Shown piece by piece: positions 28,946 through 38,745 of a DNA stretch of 64,000 nucleotides. Source of the stretch: Candidatus Eiseniibacteriota bacterium. GTDB lineage: Bacteria; Eisenbacteria; RBG-16-71-46. Location of the stretch: NCBI GenBank assembly GCA_963744995.1, contig CAVUWA010000004.1:352001-416000 (forward strand). The letters run 5' to 3'. Numbering within the stretch: position 1 is the first letter of the stretch; every line of letters starts with the position of its first letter. The position numbers and the translations under genes are program-made. The notes below the pieces were generated by a model. The model did not search any database. It saw only the letters and a list, made by a program, of their open reading frames with translations, and was not told the origin of the DNA.

Positions 28946-30409
28946 ATGGTCCCACCCCCGGGTTCCCCCGGCCGCGTCCGCAAGGGCACCGGCCGGATCC
29001 TGCTTCCCGTATTCGCACTCGCGCTCGTGGCCCTTCCGGCGCTCGCGGCCGGTTTCGGCGTGCCCGCCGGGCGGCCGTGGTACGTGCTCGTCCTGCTGTT
29101 CGTGCTCTACCTCATCATTCTGCTGGTCGTCGTCTACATGGCGCGTCACTACCTGTTCACGGTGAACCGCCTGTTCGGGCGTCAGCGCTACCCCTACCTC
29201 GACGTGGACACCGCGCGCTGGCCCGAGATCACCGTGCTCGTTCCGGCGCGCAACGAGGAAGCGGTGATCGCGCGGATGCTCGACGCGCTGCTCGCGGCCG
29301 ACTATCCGCCCGAGCGGGTGACCATTCTTCCGGTGAACGATCGTTCCGAAGACGCCACCGGCGAGATCATCGACGACTACGCACAGCGGCATCCAGGGCG
29401 CATCCGCCCCCTGCATCGCACGCGCGGCAAGTCGGGCAAGGGCGCGGTGCTGCGCGACGCGACCGAGCGCGTCACGACCGACGTGATCCTGGTGTTCGAC
29501 GCCGACTACGTGCCGGGGCGGGGCCTGATCAAGCAGCTCGTCGCCCCGTTCTTCGACCCCGAGGTCGGCGCCGTGATGGGGCGTGTGGTGCCCTACAACG
29601 TCGGCACGAATCTGCTCACGCGGCTGCTCGATCTCGAGCGGGCCGGCGGCTACCAGGTGGATCAGCAGGCGCGCATGAACATGAAGCTGGTGCCGCAGTA
29701 CGGCGGCACGGTGGGCGGCGTCAGACGGCGCGCGCTGCAGCACGTCGGCGGCTGGAGCGACGACACGCTGGCCGAGGACACCGACGCCACGTACCGGCTG
29801 CTGAACGGCGGCTGGAAGACCGTCTACCAGAACCGCTCCGAGTGCTACGAAGAGGCGCCCGAGACCTGGCCCGGGCGCGTGAAGCAGGTCAAGCGCTGGG
29901 CCCGTGGCCACAATCAGACGCTGTGGCGCCACTCGCGCGGGCTGATGGCGAGCCGTCGTGTGCGGGCGCTCGAGAAACTCGACGGCCAGCTGCTGCTCGG
30001 CGTGTACATGATGTCGCCGGCGCTGATCCTCGGCTGGGCGGTGGCGATGACGCTCTGGTACATGGGTGTGAACGAGCCGGGGCTGATCGTCGTGCTGGCG
30101 GTGACCTGCTATTCGACGATCGGCAACCACGCCACGTTCTTCGAGGTCGCGGCGGCGACGCACCTCGACGGCTCGCGCGAGCGGGCGCGACTGATCCCGT
30201 TCATCCTGATGGGTTTCCTGGTGACCATCGTGTCGGTGACCCGGGGCACGTTCACGCAGGTCGTCCACAACGGCGGGAACGGCGAGGTGCAGTGGCACAA
30301 GACCGAGCGCAACGGCGGCCGCAACGGCGGCCACGGCAACGGCGGCCACGGCAACGGCGGCCACGGCAACGGCGGCCACGGCAACGGCGGCGCGGGGAGG
30401 CTGCGGTGA
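28946..30409 (+). CDS. Processive GT2 glycosyltransferase (cellulose/PNAG synthase-like)
   Basis: VPARNEE, NDRSED, FDADY, LAEDTD, QVKRW; flanking TM helices. Confidence 0.92.
   Translation: MVPPPGSPGRVRKGTGRILLPVFALALVALPALAAGFGVPAGRPWYVLVLLFVLYLIILLVVVYMARHYLFTVNRLFGRQRYPYLDVDTARWPEITVLVPARNEEAVIARMLDALLAADYPPERVTILPVNDRSEDATGEIIDDYAQRHPGRIRPLHRTRGKSGKGAVLRDATERVTTDVILVFDADYVPGRGLIKQLVAPFFDPEVGAVMGRVVPYNVGTNLLTRLLDLERAGGYQVDQQARMNMKLVPQYGGTVGGVRRRALQHVGGWSDDTLAEDTDATYRLLNGGWKTVYQNRSECYEEAPETWPGRVKQVKRWARGHNQTLWRHSRGLMASRRVRALEKLDGQLLLGVYMMSPALILGWAVAMTLWYMGVNEPGLIVVLAVTCYSTIGNHATFFEVAAATHLDGSRERARLIPFILMGFLVTIVSVTRGTFTQVVHNGGNGEVQWHKTERNGGRNGGHGNGGHGNGGHGNGGHGNGGAGRLR
30309..30391 (+). repeat. 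15-bp tandem repeat GCAACGGCGGCCACG encoding (NGGHG)n
   Basis: Four exact copies at 30321-30380 plus partial flanking copies. Confidence 0.95.
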
Positions 30410-31512
30410 CGCCGATCGTGATCGCGTTCTTCGCCGTGACCCTGTTGCTGTTCGCGCTGCCGTTCGTCCCGGGCCTGCGTGAGGCGCGGGCGCGCCACGA
30501 CGCCGACGCCCTGCCGGTCCCGCCCGGGGCGGCCGTCGACGTCCGTCACTTCGCGAACGGCTTCCGCGTCTTCCTCGAGCGCGAGCTCGGCGACGATCTG
30601 GCGAGCGTGCGCACGACGGGCATGCGGCGCACCGGCTGGATCGAAGAGCAGGGCTCGTGGTGCGTGCTGCCGGCGCGCGAGCCGCTCGAGCTGTTCGACG
30701 ACGAGGCGCAGCGCCGCGAGCTCGACCGCATCGTCGTGGGCGCCGGCGATCTCGAGATCCCCGCCGGGCTGCGCTGCCGGCGCGAGGTGTACGCGGGCGG
30801 ATCGCTCGACGCCGGTGCCGCGACCGAACTGCGTGCGGCTCTCGCCGAGGAGGACATGCGCATGGGTGACAGCGGGCGTGTCGTGCGCTGGGTGCACGCC
30901 GGGCGTCATCTCGAAGTGGGTGCCGACGTCGTGCTGCAGGGCCGCGCCTCGGCCGGCCGCGCGATCGCCCTTGCCGCCGGCTGCCGCTTCGAGCGCATGC
31001 ACGCGCCGGTGATCCGCTTCGGCGCCGTGGGGACGCAGGCGCTGCCGCGCGCGGGCGCCGTGCACGGCGCGCCCGCGGTGGACGTGGCCGCGTGGCGGCC
31101 GCACGGGCTCCCGGCGCATCACGAGTTTGCCGCCGGGCGCCTGCTGGTCGAGGGCGACCTCGAGATTCCCGCGGGCGCGCGCGTCACGTGTGATCTGGTG
31201 GTCTGGGGCCGGCTCACGTTCGGCGCGGGCGCGCGCCTCGAGGGCAGCGCGAAGAGCCATGGCGACATGCGGCTCGGCGCCGGCGTGCACGTGGACGGCA
31301 GCGTGATCGGCCAGAGGGACGTCACGATCGAGGACGGCGCGGCCGTCGACGGTCCGGTGATCGCCGAAGGGCGCCTGACCATCGGCACCCGTTGCGTGGT
31401 CGGCGCGGCCGACGAGCCTTCCACCGTGCGCGCGGGTTCGATCGCGGTGCGCGTCGGCAGCGTCATCCACGGCACCGCGTGGGCTTCGGGACACGGCGAG
31501 GTGCTCGCATGA
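30406..31512 (+). CDS. Membrane-anchored beta-helix/bactofilin-like repeat protein
   Basis: GTG overlaps the GT2 stop; N-terminal TM; repeats like GDLEIPAGARV, GRLTFGAGARL, GDMRLGAGVHV. Confidence 0.75.
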   Translation: MTPIVIAFFAVTLLLFALPFVPGLREARARHDADALPVPPGAAVDVRHFANGFRVFLERELGDDLASVRTTGMRRTGWIEEQGSWCVLPAREPLELFDDEAQRRELDRIVVGAGDLEIPAGLRCRREVYAGGSLDAGAATELRAALAEEDMRMGDSGRVVRWVHAGRHLEVGADVVLQGRASAGRAIALAAGCRFERMHAPVIRFGAVGTQALPRAGAVHGAPAVDVAAWRPHGLPAHHEFAAGRLLVEGDLEIPAGARVTCDLVVWGRLTFGAGARLEGSAKSHGDMRLGAGVHVDGSVIGQRDVTIEDGAAVDGPVIAEGRLTIGTRCVVGAADEPSTVRAGSIAVRVGSVIHGTAWASGHGEVLA

Positions 31513-33119
31513 GACCGTTCGCCGACCGCCGCGAGGCACAGCGCGGGTTCCGCGGCCGGATCATTCCGCCGCACCGCTCGATTCTGACCCTGCGGCTCAC
31601 CGATTCCCGCGCGATCTACGGCACGCTCGCCGCGCTGGGGCTCGCGCTGCTCTGGTTCATGGCGGTCGGCCCGGCGGCGCGGGTGTGGGCGTCGATGATG
31701 GGGTTCTGGTGCGAAGTGATCGGACTGCCGGCCACGGTGGGTCTCGTGTCGCACACGATCCTCGGCGGCGCCTGGACGATCGAGTTCCCGCGCCTCGCCG
31801 TCACGGCGGCGCCGTTCACGCGCAGCGTGTGGTGGACGGGGGCGATCGCCACGCTGGCCGTGGCGCTGGTCTCGTGGCTGCTGCCGCGGCGCTGGCTGCC
31901 GTTTCTCTACCTGCTGCGCACCGCGGCGATCGTGCAGGCCAGCGCGCAGCTGGTGTTCTGGTTCGCCCCCGGCGCGTTCCCCTACGACGTGGCCGGGTAC
32001 ACCGAAGTCCTGCTCACCGCGGGGATGATGCTGATCGGCGTCGTGCCGCTGCTCTATGGCCTCACCTACTTCACGCTCGACTTCAGCCGGACGCGCAAGC
32101 TCGGCATCGTCCTGCTCGTCATGCTTCACCTGGTCGTATTCATTCCGATGCAGTACGTCGCCCACGCCTGGGTGCTGCACCATGCGTCGCTGCTGGCGAT
32201 GCCGCTGCTGTTCTGGATGTTCGGGCTGCCGGTGGACGTCGGTGTCGTGATCGGCTTCTACGCCTGGGCGGTGAGCTGGAAGACGCTGCCGATCGAACGC
32301 GAACCGCTGCTCTCCGGCTGGCGCCCGGCCGCGGCGGTGCTCGCGCTGTGCGGCAGCGCGGTGCTGATCGCGCTGTTGTTCGCGCTGCCGGCGCGTGCCG
32401 ACGAAGTGCCGTGGCGTCGCACCCTGGAGGCGGGCGCCGGCTTCGGCCGCTACACCGCAGGGCTCGGCAACGCCGACGACCAGTCGCTGCGCTTCACGCT
32501 CGCGCGCCCGTTCCGCGAGTCCTGGAGCGTGAGCGCGGGCCGCGCCTCGCGCTTCGGCGAGACCGCCGCCGGATTCGGCGTCGCGCACCAGCGCTGGCTC
32601 AGCCGGACGTTCGCCGTGCGCGCGGGCTTTTCCGGCGGTACCGGTGAGGTGCTGTTCCCGCGCTACCGGATCGACGCCGGAATCGAGTGCGCGACGCTGT
32701 CCGGAAACGCACTGGTCGCGGATCTCGGCTGGAACCGCACGCAGAGTCACGCCGAGAATCGCGCCGACGGTTTCGGCCTCGGGCTGCGCTACTGGTTCCC
32801 GGGTCCGTGGGTCGCGAGCGCCGACGGCCGCATCGAAGTCGGCTACCCCGGCCGCACGACCTCGCGCTCGATCGGCGGCGGGCTCACCTACGCGCGCTAC
32901 AAACAGCTCTACCTCGGTGTGGACGCCCATGCCGGAACCGTCGCCTATACCCTGCTCGCCCCCGGCGAGGCGTTCGTCGACTACTGGACGCGCGGGATCG
33001 GCGCCGGCGCCAGTGTCTACTTCGGCCCCGACCTCGCGGTGAGCGCGCGCTTCGAGCTCGCCGACACCGAGATCTACGATCAGCGTTCGGTGTCGGTGAA
33101 GCTCATGCGCGAGTGGTAG
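31509..33119 (+). CDS. Multi-pass membrane domain fused to a YaiO-like outer-membrane beta-barrel
   Basis: ~290 aa of hydrophobic helices, internal LFALPARA/DE, then amphipathic strands (RASRFGET, LFPRYRID) ending VKLMREW. Confidence 0.7.
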   Translation: MRPFADRREAQRGFRGRIIPPHRSILTLRLTDSRAIYGTLAALGLALLWFMAVGPAARVWASMMGFWCEVIGLPATVGLVSHTILGGAWTIEFPRLAVTAAPFTRSVWWTGAIATLAVALVSWLLPRRWLPFLYLLRTAAIVQASAQLVFWFAPGAFPYDVAGYTEVLLTAGMMLIGVVPLLYGLTYFTLDFSRTRKLGIVLLVMLHLVVFIPMQYVAHAWVLHHASLLAMPLLFWMFGLPVDVGVVIGFYAWAVSWKTLPIEREPLLSGWRPAAAVLALCGSAVLIALLFALPARADEVPWRRTLEAGAGFGRYTAGLGNADDQSLRFTLARPFRESWSVSAGRASRFGETAAGFGVAHQRWLSRTFAVRAGFSGGTGEVLFPRYRIDAGIECATLSGNALVADLGWNRTQSHAENRADGFGLGLRYWFPGPWVASADGRIEVGYPGRTTSRSIGGGLTYARYKQLYLGVDAHAGTVAYTLLAPGEAFVDYWTRGIGAGASVYFGPDLAVSARFELADTEIYDQRSVSVKLMREW

Positions 33120-33174
33120 CGCGGACGGGCGCTGCGCCGCCGCGGCTGCGGCGCGGCCCCCGCATGCGGAGGCG

Positions 33175-35004
33175 GTGATGAGATCCGCGCTGACGGCGGC
33201 GTTCGCGTTCACGGTGTTCGCGCTCGCACTGCCGCAGGCCCTGGTGCTGTGGACCGCGGCGGCGGGCGTTCCCCTGGCCCGCCCGCTCGCCGCGGCCATC
33301 GCGACGGCGGCGCTCGCCGGCGCGGCGTGGCTCGCGGCGCGCGGCCGGCGCGGAGACTCGCGCGGTGCGCCGCCGCCCGAGGCGCCGCCGCACGAGGGCG
33401 CGGCGGGAGCCGCAGGGTGGCTGGCGGCGTTCGCCGCCCTGCTGCTCTGCGCCTGGCAGTGGCTCGGACTCTGGCGTCTCGCCTGGGCGCGCCCGGTCTA
33501 CGACTGGGACGGGCTCTACTATCACCTGCCGGCGATCCGCGGCTGGGTGGAGGCGGGCCGCGTGCGGTGGATTCCGGACGCCGGCGACCTGCCGTTCGCG
33601 AACGGCTATCCGATGGCGATCGAGGCACTCGACTTCCTCGTGCACCGTCTCACCGGCTCGAGCCGGCTGGTCGACGCCGGCAACCTGTTCTACTGGCCGC
33701 TCGCGCTGCTCGCGCTGGCGGTGATCGCGACGCGACTCGGCGCCCGCGGCCCGTGGCGCTTCGCCACGGCGGCGCTGATCGCCTGCGTGCCCGCCTGGGT
33801 GATCCTCTCGGCGACCTGCTACGTGGACCCGGGCTTCGCCGCCGCGGCGATGGCGACGCTGGCGGGTGCGCTGCTGTTCGCTCACGCCGACGACCGTCAC
33901 GCGTCGCGCGCCGCGCTGCTGTTCGGCGCGGCCGGCGGGCTGGTGCTCGGCGCCAAGGGCCAGGGGCTGCCGTTCTTCGCGATCGCGCTCGGCGTCGTGA
34001 CGGCCGTGCAGCTGGTGCAGCCGCCACGCCCGCGCGCGCGCATCGTGACGCACGTCGCTCTGGCCGTGCTCGCCGCGTTCGTGGTCGGCGGCTACTGGAC
34101 GGCCCGCGACCTCGTCATGACCGGCAACCCGATCTTCCCGGTCCAGTTGAAGCTCGGCGCGAAAGTGCTTGCGACCGGCTACGATCCGGCGGCGCTCGTC
34201 GACGGGAACATGCCGGCGTGGCTGCATGCGTGGCCGGCCTGGCTCAGGGTGCCTGCCGCGTGGCTGCAACTCGACGGTCCGATTCGCAGCTACGCCGCCA
34301 CCGGCGGGCTCGGCGTGCTGTGGCCGGCCGTGGAAATCCCGGCGCTGATCCTCGCGTGGTTCCTCCTGGTGCGCCGCGGCCGGTTGCGTCCGTGGCTCAT
34401 CCTGGCCGGAATCGCGGCGCTGTGGCTCGCGATCCAGCCCGCGCCATGGTGGGCGCGCATGACGCTCTGGCTGCACGCCCTCGGTCTCCCCGCGCTTGCG
34501 GTGGTGCTTTCGATCACTTCCGAAAGCCGATCCCGTACGGGCGCTTACGCCGCCGCGTTCGCGTTCCTCGTGATCCTGGCGGCGGGTGCGCGCGAGGCCC
34601 GCGGCGCCTTCGTCGCCGAGCGCGCGCACGGCCGCGTGGCGGGGCGCGACCATGTGTCGAGCGCGGCCGCGATCTTCCCCGGGCTGGAGGCGCACTGCGC
34701 GCGCTTCCTCGCGGCACGACACATCGCCCGCAGTCGCTGGAGCCGCTTCGGCACGCTGATGGGCGGCGTGCTCTCGCAGCCGCTCGACGCCCGCACGATC
34801 GAGCCGCTCGGCGCGCCGCCCGATTCGGCAGGGGTGGCGTCGCTCTCCGCGGCGGGGACCGAGTGGGTGATCTGGGACGAGATCGCTGCGGGGCCCGCAC
34901 CCCGGGCGCTGCGGCGCGCGGCGCTCGATTCGTGCGCGTACCGGCCCGGGCAGGACCAGCGCTTCGTCATGTTCCGCATCGGGCCTCGCGCGCCCGGACG
35001 CTGA
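33175..35004 (+). CDS. Polytopic membrane protein, GT-C/ArnT-like glycosyltransferase
   Basis: WDGLYYHLP, YVD, GAKGQG, GNPIFP; many TM helices. Confidence 0.7.
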   Translation: MMRSALTAAFAFTVFALALPQALVLWTAAAGVPLARPLAAAIATAALAGAAWLAARGRRGDSRGAPPPEAPPHEGAAGAAGWLAAFAALLLCAWQWLGLWRLAWARPVYDWDGLYYHLPAIRGWVEAGRVRWIPDAGDLPFANGYPMAIEALDFLVHRLTGSSRLVDAGNLFYWPLALLALAVIATRLGARGPWRFATAALIACVPAWVILSATCYVDPGFAAAAMATLAGALLFAHADDRHASRAALLFGAAGGLVLGAKGQGLPFFAIALGVVTAVQLVQPPRPRARIVTHVALAVLAAFVVGGYWTARDLVMTGNPIFPVQLKLGAKVLATGYDPAALVDGNMPAWLHAWPAWLRVPAAWLQLDGPIRSYAATGGLGVLWPAVEIPALILAWFLLVRRGRLRPWLILAGIAALWLAIQPAPWWARMTLWLHALGLPALAVVLSITSESRSRTGAYAAAFAFLVILAAGAREARGAFVAERAHGRVAGRDHVSSAAAIFPGLEAHCARFLAARHIARSRWSRFGTLMGGVLSQPLDARTIEPLGAPPDSAGVASLSAAGTEWVIWDEIAAGPAPRALRRAALDSCAYRPGQDQRFVMFRIGPRAPGR

Positions 35005-35032
35005 AGCGGCCCCGCGCGGGCGCCGGGACCGT

Positions 35033-36073
35033 TCAGCCGCGCGGGTCGAGCGCCACCTTCACGCAGCCGTCTTCCTTGCGGTCGAACAGCACGTAGGCGG
35101 CGGCGCCCTCGGACAGCGGCAGGCGGTGCGTGAACACCCCGGCGAGTTCCGCACGGCGCGCGAGCAACGCCAGCGCCTCGCTCATGAGCGAGCGCGCAGG
35201 GCAGCGTCCGGCGGCGAAGCGCAGGTTGCGGTCGTACGCCTCGGCCGGGCCGAACGGAAAGCCGGCTTCATGATGGACGCCCGCGGCGGCGATGGCGCCG
35301 CCCGCGCGCACCAGCTGGAAGGCGAGCCGCGCAGCGGCCTCGCTCCCCACCACCTCGAGGATCGCGTCGGCGCCGCGTTCCGAGGTCGCTGCACGCACGA
35401 CTTGCACGGCGTCGTCGAGCGCGACCGGCTCGGCGCCGAAGCGTGCGGCCGTCGCGAGACGCTCCGGCACGCGGTCCACGGCGAGCACGCGGGCGCCGGC
35501 ATCCACGGCGGCGGCCACCGCCATCAGCCCCACCGGACCGCAGCCGAGCACCACCGCGACGTCGCCCGCCCGCAGCGCGGCCATGCGCGCCGCGTGCAGA
35601 CCCGTCGGCAGCACGTCGGCCAGCAGCAACGCGGCTTCGGCCGCGAGCCTCTCCGGCACCTCGAACAGCGTGGCGTCGGCCATCGGCACGCGCACGCGCC
35701 CGGCCTGCCCGCCGTGCAGGCCGCGTCCGCCTTCGACCCAGCCGAACAGCGCGCCACGTTCGCAGCGTGCCGTGAGACCCCGGGCGCAGTAGAAGCACGC
35801 GCCGCAGCAGGTGCTGAACGGCGCCACCACCCGGGTGCCCGGCCTCATGGCGCGCACCTCGTCTCCCACGGCGATCACGCGGCCCATGAACTCGTGGCCG
35901 AGCACGGTGCCGCGGTCGAGCCCGCGCTCCCGTCCGTGCCAGACGTGCAGGTCGGAGCCGCAGATCGCGGCGAGCTCGACTTCGACGATCGCGTCGTCCG
36001 GTGCCTGCAACACGGGGTCGGCGACTTCTTCGCAGCGCACCGAGCGCAGGCCGTGGTGGGTCAGCGCACGCAC
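35033..36073 (-). CDS. Zinc-dependent alcohol dehydrogenase (MDR family)
   Basis: ICGSDLH, GHEF.G, CGACFYC...C, G.GPVG. Confidence 0.93.
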   Translation of the reverse strand: MRALTHHGLRSVRCEEVADPVLQAPDDAIVEVELAAICGSDLHVWHGRERGLDRGTVLGHEFMGRVIAVGDEVRAMRPGTRVVAPFSTCCGACFYCARGLTARCERGALFGWVEGGRGLHGGQAGRVRVPMADATLFEVPERLAAEAALLLADVLPTGLHAARMAALRAGDVAVVLGCGPVGLMAVAAAVDAGARVLAVDRVPERLATAARFGAEPVALDDAVQVVRAATSERGADAILEVVGSEAAARLAFQLVRAGGAIAAAGVHHEAGFPFGPAEAYDRNLRFAAGRCPARSLMSEALALLARRAELAGVFTHRLPLSEGAAAYVLFDRKEDGCVKVALDPRG

Positions 36074-36080
36074 GGCGGCC

Positions 36081-36896
36081 TCACCCTCTCCTGAGCAGGT
36101 ACAGCGTGAAGCCCATCGTGTCATGGCCCCAGCGCCGAAAGCCTTCGTGCCAGTGGAGCACGTGCGCGCGCATCGCCGCGGCACCCGGCGCGGCGGCGTG
36201 GGCGGCGGTCCAGGCGAGGACGCGATCGCGGTAGCCGGTCTCGTACGCCTCCCACTCCGCAGCGCCCGTCGCGCGCACTTCCGTGACCTCGAAGCCGTGG
36301 GCGCGCATGCGCTCGAGGTTGGCCGCGTGCGACATCATCTCGTCGCGGGCGGCGCCGATGTGTGCGAGGTAGGCCGGAGCGGGCGGGTGGAGCCAGCAGC
36401 CCTCGCCGATCAGCATGCGGCCGCGCGGCGCGAGCAGCGCGCTGAACGAACCGAGCGCCGCGTCGAGCCCGCCGGCCGCGTGGAGCGCGCCCACGCACAG
36501 GATGGCGTCGAACGAAGCGGGGGTGAACGCCGCGGCATCGAACGGCTCCGCCCGGAACACGGCAGCGCCCGCAGGCAGCAGCCGGGCGGCGGCCTCCCGC
36601 GCGGCAGAGATCGCACGCACATGGATGTCCACGCCCACGCCGCTCGCGCCCGAGCCGCGCAGCGACTCGATCAGCATGCGGCCGCGCCCGCAGCCCACGT
36701 CGAGCACCCGCGCGTCCGTCGCGAGCTCGAGGCGGCCGAGCATCGCTTCCAGCGCGTCCGTGGCCACCGGGTTCCAGTACGGCAGGTCGCCATGGCCGAT
36801 CTCGGTGAGACGGCTCCGGTCGAAGGCGGCCCGCGGCGCCGCGCTGCCGGCCCCATCGTCCGCCGCGGCGCGGCGCACGCTAGCGCTCGAGCGCAT
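36081..36896 (-). CDS. Class I SAM-dependent methyltransferase (start uncertain)
   Basis: VLDVGCGRG, GVDI, FDAILCVGA. Confidence 0.88.
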   Translation of the reverse strand: MRSSASVRRAAADDGAGSAAPRAAFDRSRLTEIGHGDLPYWNPVATDALEAMLGRLELATDARVLDVGCGRGRMLIESLRGSGASGVGVDIHVRAISAAREAAARLLPAGAAVFRAEPFDAAAFTPASFDAILCVGALHAAGGLDAALGSFSALLAPRGRMLIGEGCWLHPPAPAYLAHIGAARDEMMSHAANLERMRAHGFEVTEVRATGAAEWEAYETGYRDRVLAWTAAHAAAPGAAAMRAHVLHWHEGFRRWGHDTMGFTLYLLRRG

Positions 36897-37236
36897 GGCG
36901 GAGGAGCGCGGGGCGCGCCGCGGCGCGAGCGTGGACCCATACGGCGCGCCACGGGCCGGCCGGATCGGCAACGTCCGGTGCGGCCGGGGCCGAGCCGGCG
37001 GCAGCCGGCGGCATGAACCACGCGAGTGCGGCGGAGCGGGCGGCGATCATGCGTCGGTTCGACTCCTCATGCTCAGGGGTCCGGTGCGGGGAGCGCCGCC
37101 GCATGATAGACCGCGAAGCCGGGCCTGCACGGGGAAGCGAACCGATGGGGAACCGGCGCCGACGAACGGGGTGTCCCCCCGGCCCGGGCGGCCGGCCTCC
37201 CGCACGCGCTCCGCGATCCGCGGCACGCATGGATCC

Positions 37237-37287
37237 TTGACAGTGCGGCGCCGGCGGAGGATAGTTTGTTCGACGTATGAACAAAGT
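37237..37287 (+). promoter_or_regulatory. Promoter (TTGACA at 37237) with ROK-type operator 1 (37263-37287)
   Basis: AGTTTGTTCGACGTATGAACAAAGT imperfect palindrome overlapping the -10 region. Confidence 0.8.
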
Positions 37288-37365
37288 AATCCGGTCCGGC
37301 ACCCCGGTGCGCTGCTGGCGGCGCTGCCGTGGGCTGAGCGGGCCTGCCGACCCCGGAGGCGATAC

Positions 37366-38712
37366 ATGATGCGCAGCCACGCCCTGCCCGCGGCGCTCGC
37401 CGCCACGCTCCTCGTGCTGCTCGCAAGCGGCTGCGAGCGGAGCACGAACGGGCTTCGTCCCTTCCCTCTGCCGACCAACCCCGACGTGTTCCTCGACGAT
37501 TTCAGTCAGGGGGTCGACTTCCAGGCGTTCCTCGGCTCCAAGCTGGACGCGGTCAGTATCGACTCCAACGAACGTCACACGGGGACTGCGTCGCTCCGGG
37601 TGAGCGTGCCCGCGACCGGGTATGCCGGCGGTGCGTTCGTCGCCAACGTGAACCGCGACCTGTCCGGGTACGACGCGCTCACCTTCTGGGCGCGGGCCAG
37701 TCAGTCGATCACGTTCGACGTGGCGGGATTCGGCAACGACAACACCGGCACCTCGCGCTTCGAGGCGCGCCGCAACGCGATTCCGATGACCACGACCTGG
37801 ACGCGTTACGTGATTCCGATTCCGCGGCCCGCGCGGCTCGATTCCGAACGGGGCCTGTTCTACATGGCCGAAGCGGAGAACGGGCAGAGCTTCGACGTCT
37901 GGTTCGACGACGTCGTCTTCGAGAAGACCAATGCGGTGACCAACCCCCGGCCATCGATGTCGAGTCGCACGGTGAACACCTTCGTCGGCGCGAGCCTCAA
38001 CGTCGAAGGCACGCAGACGATCTTCAACGTGAGCGGCAGCGACGTCACCGTGGGACACATGCCCGGCTACTTCGACTTCGCCTCCTCCGACGGCGCGGTC
38101 CTCACGACCTCGGGCGGGCGGATTCAGGTGGTCGGCCCCGGCAGCGCGACCGTGACCGCGGAACTCGGCGGCGTTCCCGCCACCGGCCAGGTGACGGTCA
38201 ACGCGATCGCCGCCCCGGCGACGCCCGCGCCGACGCCCACGCTTCCGGCGGCGAACGTGATCTCGCTGTTCAGCAACGCGTATCCGGACGTGCCGGTGGA
38301 TACCTGGTCCGCCACCTGGGACCTGGCCGACGTCACCGATCTCCAGATCGCCGGCGACGACGTCAAGGGCTACACCAACCTCGTCTATGCGGGCGTGGAG
38401 TTCACCTCGCAGCCGATCGACGCCACCCAGATGACGGCGATCCACCTGGACGTCTACATTCCCTCCGGCACGACGTTCAAGGTGAAGCTCGTCGACTTCG
38501 GCAGCGACGGCGTCTACGGCGGTGGCAACGACAAGGAGCAGGAGCTCACCTTCAACGCCTCCACGACGCCGGCCGTCACGCCGGGCACCTGGTCCGCGCT
38601 CGAGATTCCGCTCTCCAGCTACACGCTGCTCACCTCGCGCGCGCACCTCGCCCAGCTGGTTCTGTCGGGGCCCGGCACGGCGTTCGTGGACAATGTCTAC
38701 TTTCACGACTAG
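37366..38712 (+). CDS. Lipoprotein with CBM-like, Ig-like and second CBM-like domains (putative surface glycan-binding protein)
   Basis: Lipobox LASGC; DLSGYDALTFWARA, W.RY.IP, W.DDV.F; SSD..V.T; VISLFSNAY; FVDNVYF. Confidence 0.75.
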   Translation: MMRSHALPAALAATLLVLLASGCERSTNGLRPFPLPTNPDVFLDDFSQGVDFQAFLGSKLDAVSIDSNERHTGTASLRVSVPATGYAGGAFVANVNRDLSGYDALTFWARASQSITFDVAGFGNDNTGTSRFEARRNAIPMTTTWTRYVIPIPRPARLDSERGLFYMAEAENGQSFDVWFDDVVFEKTNAVTNPRPSMSSRTVNTFVGASLNVEGTQTIFNVSGSDVTVGHMPGYFDFASSDGAVLTTSGGRIQVVGPGSATVTAELGGVPATGQVTVNAIAAPATPAPTPTLPAANVISLFSNAYPDVPVDTWSATWDLADVTDLQIAGDDVKGYTNLVYAGVEFTSQPIDATQMTAIHLDVYIPSGTTFKVKLVDFGSDGVYGGGNDKEQELTFNASTTPAVTPGTWSALEIPLSSYTLLTSRAHLAQLVLSGPGTAFVDNVYFHD

Positions 38713-38745
38713 CGGCTCGCGGGGGCGGTTCAGGGGAGGCGGAAG

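Noticed and set aside
37056..37066. GGTTCGACTCC resembling a tRNA T-loop at the left edge of the glucan locus
   Set aside because: No T-stem, acceptor or anticodon arm can be formed, and there is no att duplication or integrase
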